NCBI GenBank assembly: GCA_043228905.1
Contig: JBHGNT010000009.1
Span: 2,046,001 to 2,110,000 of the forward strand
Length of the DNA stretch: 64,000 nt
Origin: Azolla caroliniana
Taxonomy: Eukaryota; Plantae; Polypodiophyta
Reading direction: 5' to 3'
Position numbers and translations under genes: made by a program. The notes below the pieces were generated by a model. It made no database searches. It had not been told where the DNA came from and saw only the letters and a list, made by a program, of their open reading frames with translations. This document shows, in pieces, positions 38,385 through 50,800 of the stretch; the first letter of the stretch is position 1; every line of letters begins with the position of its first letter.

Positions 38385-39911
38385 ATGAATGATACATTGC
38401 TTACTATGCTTTCAATGGAAGGACCTTCAATATTGCTTTCTATGGATGGAACAGAAGGTGATCATTTTAGGCAAATGGCTGCCACCAGCCGTCCACCTGA
38501 CATAAACCTACCACTTTCAGTTGATATTTGCTCACCCTCCACATGGCCATCATCATCATCATCCAAATCATCTAAAACAAATGATATACTAGATGTGAGC
38601 TTAGCCACCACCCCTCCTACAATAACCACGAATATGACAATTACCACCACTACTACTAGTACCCAAATGAGAGCTACCCTCACATCTTCAAAAGGGAAGA
38701 GAATCAACCGTCGCAGTGACAGTATATGGGGAGCTTGGTTTTTCTTCAACCACTACTTTCGCCCCTCCCATAATGACAGTATGGGTCATCTTAAACTTGA
38801 TCAATTCATGGTCCAACATGATATGGAGAACATGTATATGTGGGTATTTCGAGATCGACCTGAGAATGCTCTGGGAAAGATGCAATTGCGAAGTTATATG
38901 AATGGGCATGCTCGATTCGGTGAGCCCCAATTCCCCTTTAGTGTGGAAAAAGGGTTTACCCGATCACACCGAATGCAGAGAAAGCAATATAGGGGATTAT
39001 CGAACCCCCAGTGTATACATGGTGTCGAAGTATGTAGAAACCCTAATTTTTCTCTTGTTTGTGAAGAGGACAAGAAGAGATGGGAGGAGCTCTCTGGAAG
39101 GGACTTAGGTTTCACACTTGCAATGGAAGCTGGAGATTTCTCGGAATGGCGGACACTGCCGTACACAGATTTGGACTTTGAGAGGTCAGATGTGTGCTCA
39201 TTGGGTAAATGCTCTAATGGTTCAAAGAAGCAACAACATTCTCCTAAATCTATCGAAGGAGAGTATGGTGGAGGCTCCACATTAGATCTTTCATGCAAAT
39301 TAATTGGTCAACTGGGCTCATCTTCCTCTTTCCCAAAGAGGAAACGAAAGCTTGATTCCAGCACTGCCCAATGTGGCAATGCTGACGAGGAATGTTGTGC
39401 CCCCCCTTTGGGGGAGATAGTGGGTGAAGAAATCCAACAAAATGACGAACAACCTTTATGGCTCTCAGAATCATCCGGAGTTCTTCTCGAAGCTTCGGGC
39501 CCTGTCACAGGAGCAAAGACCATATATGAAGATGAGAAGGGATATCTTATAATGGTTAGCTTACCCTTCACCGACATGACAAGGCTAAGGGTTTCTTGGT
39601 TAAACACAACTACTCATGGTGTAGTGAAGATACATGGTATTAGCACAGCCCGAGTACCAATAATAACAAGGGGCGATAGGACTTTCAAGCTTACCGACTC
39701 AAATCCAGAGCATTGCCTTCAAGGTGAATATATTCGTGAGATCCCTTTGGCAACTCGGATACCAGAAAATGCGGAGTTAAAGGCCTTTTATGTAGAAGCA
39801 AGTGCAGGGCTCGAAATTATGGTACCCAAGCATTCTCTTTTCTCAGAGGAAAGAGAAGTGAGAGTGTTTCTCCCGCCCCAACTAGGGAACAGTGAGGTCT
39901 TGCTGCTTTAG
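38385..39911 (+). CDS. SLT1-like: SLT1/FYD-like protein with C-terminal HSP20-like domain, 508 aa, intronless CDS
   Basis: Long open frame with recalled family motifs PPDINLPLS, DSIWGAWFFF, FMVQHDMENMYMWVF.DRPENALGKMQLRSYMNGHAR.GEPQFPFS, GPVTGAKTIYEDE.GYLIMVSLPF, EHC..GEYIREIPLATRIPE. Confidence 0.92.
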   Translation: MNDTLLTMLSMEGPSILLSMDGTEGDHFRQMAATSRPPDINLPLSVDICSPSTWPSSSSSKSSKTNDILDVSLATTPPTITTNMTITTTTTSTQMRATLTSSKGKRINRRSDSIWGAWFFFNHYFRPSHNDSMGHLKLDQFMVQHDMENMYMWVFRDRPENALGKMQLRSYMNGHARFGEPQFPFSVEKGFTRSHRMQRKQYRGLSNPQCIHGVEVCRNPNFSLVCEEDKKRWEELSGRDLGFTLAMEAGDFSEWRTLPYTDLDFERSDVCSLGKCSNGSKKQQHSPKSIEGEYGGGSTLDLSCKLIGQLGSSSSFPKRKRKLDSSTAQCGNADEECCAPPLGEIVGEEIQQNDEQPLWLSESSGVLLEASGPVTGAKTIYEDEKGYLIMVSLPFTDMTRLRVSWLNTTTHGVVKIHGISTARVPIITRGDRTFKLTDSNPEHCLQGEYIREIPLATRIPENAELKAFYVEASAGLEIMVPKHSLFSEEREVRVFLPPQLGNSEVLLL

Positions 39912-40419
39912 ATTCTTTATGCTTTTCTTTTTCTAAAGGTTGTTTCTTGGTGTCATTTCTTTTAGTGTCACAGGGACGTAGCAATAAATAATACTATTAT
40001 TTGGCACACAGACGCCTGTGATTTACTAGAAATATTTTGCATTTGAATTTGCCTTTCAAATAAAATGTAACTTGTATTATGTGAATGTTTGGCATTTAAT
40101 GGCAATGGTGACATGTATGGTTGGTGTTAGTTTTGGTTGGTGGGGTATGAATTGATATGGTGGTCCAAGTAAAATATTCTCCATCTGAAAAATCTTAAGA
40201 CTGATTACTTTACCCCAGGGTAGATTTTATAGGAGAGACTGATTACCTTACCCTGGGGTGGAAAGTTGAAAACAGTGTCTTAATATGACAATGTCTTTAC
40301 CTGCCAAGTGATTTCAAATATCCTTCACCGTGGTTATCAAGTATATTTCACTTATATTTATCAACAAAGAAACAGAATGATGACAGCATGATGTTTATAT
40401 ATATGTTACGCCATGAAAC

Positions 40420-40650
40420 GTAAGTAAGTAAAATGTACCATATCTATAATCATTGTGGCATGCATCTGCACACTGCCCAGATTAATAGATACGGCCTATT
40501 GTGTATTTAGCTAGGTTTCATATCAACACTTTTCGTCACTGATAAATTTTAGCAATATTATTTTTTTAATGTGATTATATATATAATCTGAACAGCGTGC
40601 AGATGCATACCACAATGATTATAACATAGTTATGCTTCACTTAATTGCGA
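40420..40650. mobile_element. Small fold-back element (probable MITE) between convergent genes
   Basis: TATAATCATTGTGGCATGCATCTGCACACTG (~40445-40475) is inverted at ~40593-40623; weaker pairing extends both ways. No clear TSD. Confidence 0.55.
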
Positions 40651-41621
40651 ACAGAATAAATGCACAACAATGTTTACATCTCCTATGATCAAATATATGA
40701 TCATTTACTTAAGTAGCCATACCAGTTAAATTAAGAACCAAATTATTATAACATAACATGCTTCACAACAAAGTTTACATCTTATATTTTGATCAAATAT
40801 TACTTGACGAGCAATATAAATTAAATTGAGAACCAGTGACAGTTATAACAATCATTTGTATACCCCAGCATTTTAGGATGGGAGGGTCTCTCTTATGCTG
40901 TCTTTAAACAGTACTTTGGAGACAGCTTCCATAATAAGAAATGTTCCTGTAAGCTTACATATTACACTATTATAAAATGCTTATGCACTAAATTGACATT
41001 GTTCACCTGTACCATTATTAACTACAAGAGTGTGTTAGAAGTACTTTTGCACAGAAAGTTAATCAGTGAGAATGAAATATTGACCCAGTTTCTATAAAGA
41101 AATTTAAGTTACACGTGTTGCAGGCCAATTGTATCAATACATTTACAACCTAGCAACTAAAACAGAGAGTAATGTTACTGTTATACACAACATTGCAATT
41201 GATACGTTTATCTATAGTTCACAAACTTGCGCAATGCACATAGCAGCTTTGATTAAAGATTAAAATTAATGATTACACACTGACAGTCACCTCTTCAAAA
41301 CCTTAGGCATCTAAATATGCCAATTGTAATCAATACATTCATCTTTACCTTCACCAACAGTACTCGATTCATTCATCATGTATTGCCTCACGATCTCCTC
41401 ACAGTTTCCAACATTTATATACAGAGATGAGAAAAGGTTATCAATTGTATATACTTTGGCGTGGTAAAGAACCATGGTTCTTTGCTAAGTGCTGCAAAAT
41501 TTAGCCTTGAGCATAGCAGTGACATGAACACCTTTCCCCAAGAAGCTCCTATCATGTACCATCTGCTATTTGATCTGTACACACCGACTCCTATTTCACT
41601 AGGTATGGTTAGAGCAATGTT

Positions 41622-44600
41622 TTAAAATTCGAATTCTCCATTTGCCTGCATTAATTATTCAACTTGTCACTCTCATCAAATTTTTTACTTTTTTGTTACT
41701 CATCACAATTTTTACTTTTTTATCACTCTTTTCCACTTTATTCCATTAACGCTCTCAGTTTTTTACCCCTAACTGATGGAAATATTTCTACAAGCTGATT
41801 GGGAAACATAATACATATAGCCAATTCCTCAGGACTCGGATCAGAAACTTTCTAACAAAAAATTACTATGGCAAATACGAGATAAAATGGCAGTAAAGAG
41901 AGTTTGAAGAAGCTATATCCATTGGTTATCAGTATGCAAAGAATGCTTGATGTCAAAGGATTTCCTAATAACGCGTTTGTTTATTGAAGTACAATGCTCC
42001 AAAGCAAAAAACAAAGCCCAACGCAGTGTGGGAGTTCAATTCCACAAAATGAGTAAAATACTGGTTGAAAACCAAGGGGTGTGATCAGGTGGAGAAGATG
42101 ATAAATGGTACACAACCAAAAGCAGCCACTGGCTTTATCCTCTGGCTGTTAATGTGTCCAAGACCAAAATAACAATCATAAACCCGATAATTGGCCTACA
42201 CTCCACTATCATGAACATACAGACAGGCCATCCAGGTAGAGGAAACATTTAAACACTTGCTAATCAGGAGGTACATGCATACACTCAGTTGCGCGCCTGG
42301 ACATGGGAAGGGGACCAATGAATAAATTTACTCCTCGAGAGTCTAAACTTCGTTTTTTAGGTTCAGCAGTGCCTAATGAAGAAAGAAGATGAGCCACAGT
42401 AATTAGAAAGTCAAACTTCGTTTTTTAGGTTGTGATTTTGGCAGTCAAACTTCTCGAGAGTTCACATCGAGGAGGACAAGATCAAAATTTACTCGGCCAT
42501 AAACGGCAAAAGATCACAATACACAGGATGAAGTTCAGCCATCTAATAATCATCAACATTAGGAATATCACAAGGGAAAGGCGATACCCAGTGTAGTTTG
42601 AAACTACAGCCATCTAATGATCATTAACATATGGAATATCACATGGGAGAGGTGATGTGAAGCTTGACATTCAGAATTTTGAGAGAACATTCAATATAGT
42701 CCTGAAGTGCCCAGCATATGCCGAAACTAGAATACATATAGCTATTCATGAGTTACTACTATGTCAGGGCACGACTTTCCAAGGACTACTAAGTCTTCAT
42801 GCACTCTTGCAGGGATCTTCAAGTTTCAAGAAGCCTAATTCAAATCAGATAGTCTTTTTTTATCTTTCATTTTTATTTTACTCAGCAAAGTTCATAGATT
42901 TAGTCTACACATTCTAAAGTAGAGTACATTATAAAAGCTCAGTGGCACCATGGATCATTGAGGCCCACAGCAGATGATAATAAATTATGAGCCACATTCT
43001 AAATTTAACATCTGCATCTACATTATCAATGGCAACACTCCTGTAGCATCTGTTCAATCCCCCAGGTCATGTTATTAGCCTCTGGAGGATTAAAACACAT
43101 CAACATCATTACTCTCTCACATAGACCATCTGATAGTCATGGCAGTCTCATAGATGAGAAAAATAATAAACATTATTCTCACCCTAGAAAACAGGTAATC
43201 TTGATTTTGCAGACGCATAATCCCATCTTTTAGAATGCATTTCCATTTGTTTTTCGATCTAGTCACCTGTATAGACTTATTCTAGGTTAAATGCCAAAAA
43301 TATATTCATTACATCATCAAACCTTATGCAAACTAACCTTCTCAAACTGAGCAAGCACTAAGTTCTCCGTTTTTGAGTCTCCCTCTGTTTGATCTATGTC
43401 ATCAAGGTCATCTGCCAAATCATCATCTTCATTCAATGGTGGCTCTAACATTTCTGGATCAACTCCTTCAGGTTTTGTTGCTTCGTGGAGAGAAAATTGT
43501 TCTTCACCTGAAAGAACAAATACATAAAGACATGAATGATGAATAGGAGCATGTGAACTTAAGACTAGCATGAATAAACATAATAGATGTAGTTCACACC
43601 TTCCTCTCCCGGTTCATTGTAATCTTCTTCAGCTACACTCTTTTTGGAGCATTTATGTTCATCATAACCACAATTTTAATTAATAAACAAAAAACCATGT
43701 ATTTTACATAAATCATACATTTGTTTAACATGAATGTGTTCTTTTGCAAGTCTAGGAGGATTGTTGTTTCTAATGTTTTGTCTATTACATTTTTAAGATT
43801 CCATTTTCAAAATTAAGAGTTTGTTTTCACGGATTAGCATTTCTTGACACAAACTTCCTGAAATACTATTCAAAAAATGATGTCAATAAGAAGATAACCC
43901 TATCAAAGATGGACGTTTTGGTGTAACTGAATATTAAAAAACACGTCAAGACTAAAAACATGATGCAAATTATTTTTGTACAATTCACCTAATCCGATAA
44001 TGCTTACTTACATCATCATAATGGTCACCAATGCCATCCAGTTGAGGAATAGAACATCCCGGATTATTTTGACAACTATTCACCAGAGCCTGTTCAACGT
44101 CATAATTGATCTTCACATGTGTACTACTACATTGATTTCCATCCTTTCTTGAGTTCTTTTTTGCTTTTGAGGATGATAAATCCTGCAGGTACAAGGTACC
44201 ATTGACTGCTAATAAAGGAAAGTGGAAATTCAAGAATAACAGAAAATGTCAACTGTATTAATTGCTTGCCTGACGATTAGCCAAACCCTTTTCTACAACA
44301 AGTGTGGAAAAATCAGCAGCGCCATCAAGTTGGGGGAAATACTCCCCTGATTGAAAGTTGGTTGTGATATCTTCGCGCTTTCTTTTCCCAGTGGATGAAG
44401 GTAAAAGCTCCTAACAAAAAATCAATATGAAACACTGGATTAGGTTAAGTATCATATGAAGATTCTAAACAGAATTGAACTTGAAAATAAACATAAATGA
44501 AAAAAACTAAATAGTAGCTGTATCTAGCATACTCTGTAACCAAAAGCTAGTATAATCTGTGCTACAAACTATTTGTTTTTTGTAATTATCATTTATAAAC

Positions 44601-47100
44601 AGAATTCCTAGTTATACAGAATTCCTTGTATTTGTTATCACATTTTTGTGTCAATTAATTCATATCTCAAAATCTGTGAGTGGAACATACATGATAAAAA
44701 CCATCTGTTCAGTGACCGCACAACATAGTAAGGAAATCTCTACATTTCATACATTGTACCTGTGGCCCTTGGTACTCTGCATTCAAAGCATGTTCACCAT
44801 CACCACCATCGTACGCTGCAATATACATTCATCTATATGAAGTAAATGCACATGACAATTACTACAGGAACTTGCTTCAAGAGTGTGAATAAATAATGCT
44901 TTAATTCTTACCTATGTTCATATCTATTTTTGTGCTCATGTCAAGACCAACCTCTGACTTATGGTTACCCCATGCAGAAGCATGCTACAGCGAACACAAT
45001 AAACATACATTTCAATAACTTGCTAACACAAAATTATAATGGGGCTTTTAAAAATCAATAAAAATTTGTATTACTGCGTATTGAGAAGGTCTTCCAGTGG
45101 CAACTTCAAAAAGTTCTGGATGCTCACTTGGACTTGGACCAGGTGCCATAAAGTGAGAAAATGGAACCTGTGGGGCAGATGAGGGTGTATGTACCGGTGT
45201 CTGCTGCACAGATACACAAATTAACCCCTCAGCCTACATGTAAGCTTTCTTTAAAAGCAAGGATAAAATTCATTATGATCATAAGCAGTTCTTTCCAAAA
45301 GACAACAAACAGTCTCCATGCAGATAATAAGTTAGCTAAAGGAAAGATAACACATTTGATTGCAATCAGCAATATCCAGGATGTCAACATCTCCGTGCAA
45401 GTAGCATAAGGTAACAAGAAATGAGGAAAATTACTGAAACCAATGATAGTGCATATACTAACAAGCAGTTTTTTATAGGATAATGCATTCATGCACATAC
45501 GATGCACTTGCAAAAGCAAAAAGAAAATGAATATGATGGCAAGTGGCAATGTCTCCTGGCCATAGGTACATTTGCTTCAGCAACAATAACGCACATAATC
45601 ACTAGCAGCTTCAAATCAATAATGTATAGTGCAAATATGATGTATATGATTGCAAGCCATTCTACTGAAAGGGCATCTCTGAGTATACAGTAAACGAAAG
45701 ATTTTTCTCAAAGGTAAGGTCCATAGCAGAACAAATGTATCTTGTTCAAAAAGGACAAGGAATGCTCAAAAAGAATAATGCACACAATCACAAGTTATTT
45801 CGGGAGGCCAATATGACAAAGGTTTGAAAGCATAATGCAAATAATCACAATCTGCATCTTTGAAGAAAACGTCTTCGCGCAAATAAAGTATATTTGCTTT
45901 AGCAAACATAATGCATTTTCTGAAAACAATGCACATATATAATTATAGGTAATCCTTTCAACTCCTTCAGATGGCACATACAAAAGGCACATTTGTGAAC
46001 GCAAAGACAATGAATACGGACACAAAAAGCTTTTTTCGTATGATTGAAATAATTCTTGCGGAAGTAACAATGGCAAGCAGTGTTTTTGAATGATTTTAAG
46101 CTATCTCTATTTCCTGCGTAAAATTTAAACGAGTTGTTGATACAATGATTTCTGCAAAAAACTAGCTTTTGACTATGATGAAATGCACCTGTTTTTGCAT
46201 GAATTCAAGCAAGCTCTATATAGACTATCCGCTTAAGTCGTTATACAAACATCATCCAAAGATTGCAAGAAGTTTATTGAAAGTATAAACTTTCACCAAG
46301 TTTTATACTTTCTGCATAGAAGTAGTTTTTGAATACAATAACAAGCAGCTTTTTTGCCTGATTTCACAACAGCTTTATATAGACTATTTCATATCAATCC
46401 TTATACAAGGACCGTCCATGTGATTGCAAAAAGTTTGTTCCCTGCATAAAGTTTCAATCAATTTAATTTCTCTGCATATGTTAACGTCACATGATCGTCC
46501 ATATGATTGCGACCTGTTCTTTCCCAGTATGATTAATGGAAGATTGAAAGAACATCGTATAATCATTCCTTACAAAAAAGATCTTCCATATTATTGAACC
46601 TTTCATATTTAAACCTTACAGCAAAGATGAGGTCGGCAGTGGGCGTTTCTCCACCGTAAGGAACGTTGAGGTCATGGACATGTGCAGAAACGTCGTTTCT
46701 TGAATACATCGTTTCTCCACCTAATGGACCTTGTATAGCTCCCGATTGCATCATATTCAGCTCCCATAGCTAAAACAGAAAATAAAAAAATGCGACTTTC
46801 CTTAAAGTCGTCAGATTACTTATACACAAATCGAAGAAAAACATGCAAAAAGATATTAGCGTAAGAAACAAAGCTTAGGAAAAATGGAAACAGAAGATGA
46901 AAGAAACTAGTAAGGAAGCACGGAGAGGCGATAGAAAGAAGAAAAGAGGAAAGGAAAAATCAGGAAGAAATGGATTTCCGAACCGATTGAAGCTCTGTAA
47001 GGACGGTTTCGTCGATGCCTTCGTGGATGAAGTCCGCACGGACGTTGTTGACAACGTCTGCGACGACGTGAAGATAGAAGTTTGTGAGGTTGACAGCCAT
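41622..47100 (-). CDS. TFIIA-L: Transcription initiation factor IIA large subunit (alpha/beta precursor)
   Basis: Exons 47100-46984, 46769-46620, 45203-45075, 44984-44912, 44815-44760, 44410-44270, 44182-44012, 43632-43600, 43507-43338, 43266-43183, 41645-41622. N-term YLHVVADVVNNVRADFIHEGIDETVLTELQSLWELNMMQSG; two PQLDG motifs; acidic stretch; C-term NLVLAQFEKVTRSKNKWKCILKDGIM...LFSRANGEFEF*. The exon 7/8 junction phase is unresolved. Confidence 0.93.
42520..42870 (+). mobile_element. Possible decayed LINE 3' fragment with local ~73-bp duplication in the last TFIIA intron
   Basis: ...IVLKCPAYAETR resembles ...FTCKCPTYAEIR of 4332-4705; CAGCCATCTAAT.ATCAT.AACAT..GGAATATCACA.GGGA at ~42535 and ~42607. 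Confidence 0.4.
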
Positions 47101-47132
47101 AGCTGAATAGAAAGAGATATGCAGTCCTACTA

Positions 47133-47247
47133 CTTGTCCTTGTCCTTGTCCTTGTCTTCTTCTTCTTCTTCTTCTTCTTCTTCTTCTTCTTCTTCTTCTT
47201 CTTCTTCTTCTTCTTCTTCTTCGTCGTCGTCGTCGTCGTCGTCGTCG
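47133..47247. repeat. (GAC)n(GAA)n(GGACAA)n microsatellite in the TFIIA 5' UTR
   Basis: Plus strand shows TTGTCC, TTC and TCG runs just upstream of the ATG at 47100. Confidence 0.9.
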
Positions 47248-47442
47248 TTTTGTTCTCGTCTGTTGGAAGTTTCAGCAGGGAACGGCTAGCTTCGCTCGTC
47301 GGCTGGCTATGGCGGCAAAAAGCTATGGCGGCAAAAAGATGAAAAGGAGGTGGGACGAAGAAGGGAGGAAACGGCTTTCAAACGCAGAAGCAGAAGCAGA
47401 AGCACCAGAAGTGAAAACGAAAAGAGTCTAGTCTGTAGACAA

Positions 47443-47860
47443 ACCATTTCTTTATATACATACATATACATATGTATATAAATGAACGCATTTCCTCAGT
47501 TGTTTTCACACCTCGCTTTTTGCTTTTTCCTTCTCGCTTTTTGCTTTTTGCTTACCATTTTCTTTATATATGTATACAGTACATACATACTACATACATT
47601 ATATAAATTAACGCATTTCCTCGGTCTGTTTTCACACCTTGCTTTTTGCTTTTTCCTTCCCGCTTTTTGCTTTTCGCTTACCATTTCTCTATATATACAT
47701 ATGTATACATATAAATGAACTCATTTCCTCAGTTGTTTTCATACCTTGCTTTTTGCATTTTCCTTCTCACTTCTCGCTTTTTTGCTTTCCCTTCTAGCTT
47801 CTTGCTTCTTGTTTTTGGCTTTTGGATTTTGGCTTCTTGCTTTTGCTTTTTGTCATATTC
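47443..47860. repeat. ~115-bp tandem repeat (about 3 copies plus degenerate tail) upstream of TFIIA
   Basis: ATAAAT.AAC.CATTTCCTC.GT.TGTTTTCA.ACCT.GCTTTTTGC at ~47477, ~47602, ~47711. Confidence 0.8.
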
Positions 47861-50800
47861 TTTCCTCTTTTGGCATTTGAGGCAGAGGTAGATGTCAATA
47901 AACAAGCATAAGTAGTTGCAGGGTGCCTCGCCAAATGCCAATCCATGCATGCTTAGTGTAGGAAGACACCTTCAAATCTAAGCTGAAAGAGAGAGAGAGG
48001 CAACTATAGTATTGCTTAGTTCTGGAGATTGTGTGTGGCACAATCTCATAAAAATGGCACATTTTGTCCCTAAATGTGCATCACATTTTGAACTTTAATT
48101 GATTTTCATGATTAAGTCCTTGAATAAACCCTCAAATAAACTAATATGCTCAAGGAATTCGAATTTCGGGATGACATGTTGATATGTAGCTACTCTATGA
48201 GTGTCATGTCTATGGGGTCTAATCCCTAGTTATTCTCACTTATATAAGCACTAATAATAAGGCACCAAACCCTTATTGATGTTATCTTCTTGGTAATATT
48301 TGTTCCCTATTTGTGTCAACTCTCTCGTGTCTCTAGTTGATCATCAACTCTATTGGGTTGCACTTCCTTGAATCCGATTGATCGGGTCCTCTCACCTCCT
48401 TGTTGCCTTCCCATCACGTTTGCTCAATCTTCATCGTGGTTCTCATTCTCATCCCCATTCCAAACCTCTCATCGTCCACCATCCATTGTTTCCTCATATG
48501 CTCATACTCCTGTCCAATGTAAATGACAACCAATGTTTTTGCAAAATCAAAAAACGATCCACCATTTGTAATGAAGTTATCACAAGATTAATGCATGATA
48601 AGTTTGTGGAGGTGGAGTTAGAGGTTCTAAATGAAACGAGGAGATCAAGACAAAGACGAAATGGTCATGGGCTTAGATTGAGACAATGACCTTAATTAAA
48701 GACATTAATAATTGATTATAATGTAGATAGACTAATTAGAAAGAGAGGAAAAAATCAACTCGACACAAATTAAGGACCTAATTACACTCAAGTTAAGGTT
48801 ATCCCTTGATTATAATGTAGATAAAGAGATTAAAATATAGAGAGAGTTTTCACACCTTGTTGATTTTTAGCTGATGTGATATTACACTTGGAAGTGTCAC
48901 CCTAGTAACCTTAATGATTAGCCTCCGCCTTCTGAACATGACCCTTTAAGAGCACCATGATGTTTTTTCCCCCATCAACCCTTTATCAAGTTCTAAATCA
49001 TCATTCACACACATGCGTGCGCGCACACACACCCGCGCAAAGATAAACTTACCCCAAGTTTACCCATTTGTGCCCATATGCACACATAATAGCCACCTTT
49101 ACCCTTACATATTTATCATTTTTCTATGCACTCTTACGTTATCTAAATGGGACTTCTTTGGACAGAGTGCACAATATTTGGGGGAATGCATCATCAAAAT
49201 CAAGTTATGAGGAAAGGAAAGTATCAAGTACATTGAGGATGGCTGGTGTTTCAATGGACCAGGAGAAAAACAAGTAGAAACATATGATAATGGGCTCCCT
49301 ATGGTTCAAGTTGAGTGTCGTGATGGAAATCCATGTGGACAACATCAAGAATTAGGGAATTGTAGGGCAACATAACTAGAAATTCATGCTAATTTTTGTA
49401 CAAAATTATTTGGCTTGAAAAATATGAAATACAAATTATTTTCACGAAACATTTTATTTCCAAAGGAACACATAAATGTGGACAATTATACAATCATTGC
49501 TTAAGTTATTGCAAACAATTGTGAGTATGTGTGGATTTGTATGAACATATGTTTGTTTGCATGCTTGTAGAAGTGTTTGTGGAGGGGGGAGACTTTAATA
49601 AAGTACGGGGATAACACTCTAGGAATAGGGGGAAAGGGTAGTTTGGGTACTAGAAAACTTTGGAAGGGCGTGTGTTGTGTGTGCAGGGAGGGAGTAAATT
49701 AAAGGGGAATAAAGGGAAAGTCATGTGAAACCTAGGGTCATTGTCAAGCCTAGGCCTTGTTAATCAAAGACAAAGTTTGGGCTAATGGATGGACTTAGCT
49801 TGGGACAACTTGGGACAACGTCCTAAGGACGACCTGGGTCTAAAATTCAATTTCGGCCTTAGGGCGACTTCGTCTTCTCGAATCCATTCCGAATTAGTGG
49901 AGAAAAAAGGTGTTGGAGTATGGTCGTCGAGATGAAGGTATACAACACACAACTATGTATAAGTAAGACAATCAAGACAATGGATGTAAGACAACTCAAT
50001 TGAGATCATACGAGAGAGAGAAAGAGAAAGAGAGAGATTGTTCCAATTCTTACATTTTTAGGGACTACAACACAATTGGAATATGCATAATGCTTTCATG
50101 TCTGATAATAGACATGGCATGAAAGTCTATGTAAAGAAGTTGAAGGGTATTCTCATGTGGAATTTTTGGATGTTAGAGCATGTGGGGATCATTTCCTCAA
50201 ATGCATATTCAGGTTTTTTAATGGCACTACCGGACGTCCCTCTCCCTACATAGGCATATGATAGGTAGAAGAGACAAAGAAGTGTTGTAAGTAAGTGGAT
50301 TTTACATACAATTAATATAATTATGTGTTTTTACACACACGCACATAGAGAGAAAGATGCATGTAGCTACCTTGGTAAGGTTGCCCAATGGAGATTAGGA
50401 GGTCTTGGGTTCAACCCTTAACAATCTAGGTTACAAGGTGGTTAAACACCAACAAAACTAGGGCAGTTGCCCTTTATGCTAATTACAAATATAGCCTATT
50501 CTAGTTTGTCCAATGGGGTAATTTGAATACGTCCATTATATTCCTATATTCGACAAGAGGAAGCATGGGTTTGAATTCCATATCCACCAAATGCTCGAGT
50601 ATTATCGACTGGGAAATTCTTGACAGAGGTAAAGTTAGTTTTCCTTGCTTCCACATGTTAGCTTAGCAACATGATTCCTCTATTTCTTAAGATTGTATCG
50701 ACACACATTTGCAATTCCTGAAACAAGTAAATTCAAGAGAGGAGAGTTACTATAGAGACTATGAATCACATATATTTTAGGGAATGAATCTAAATTTACA

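Noticed and set aside
50373-50590. SINE-like boxes (TTGGTAAG...GGGTTCAACCC) and a tRNA-3'-like ...ATATCCACCA
   Set aside because: Short degenerate matches with no tail, TSD or paired LTR identified.
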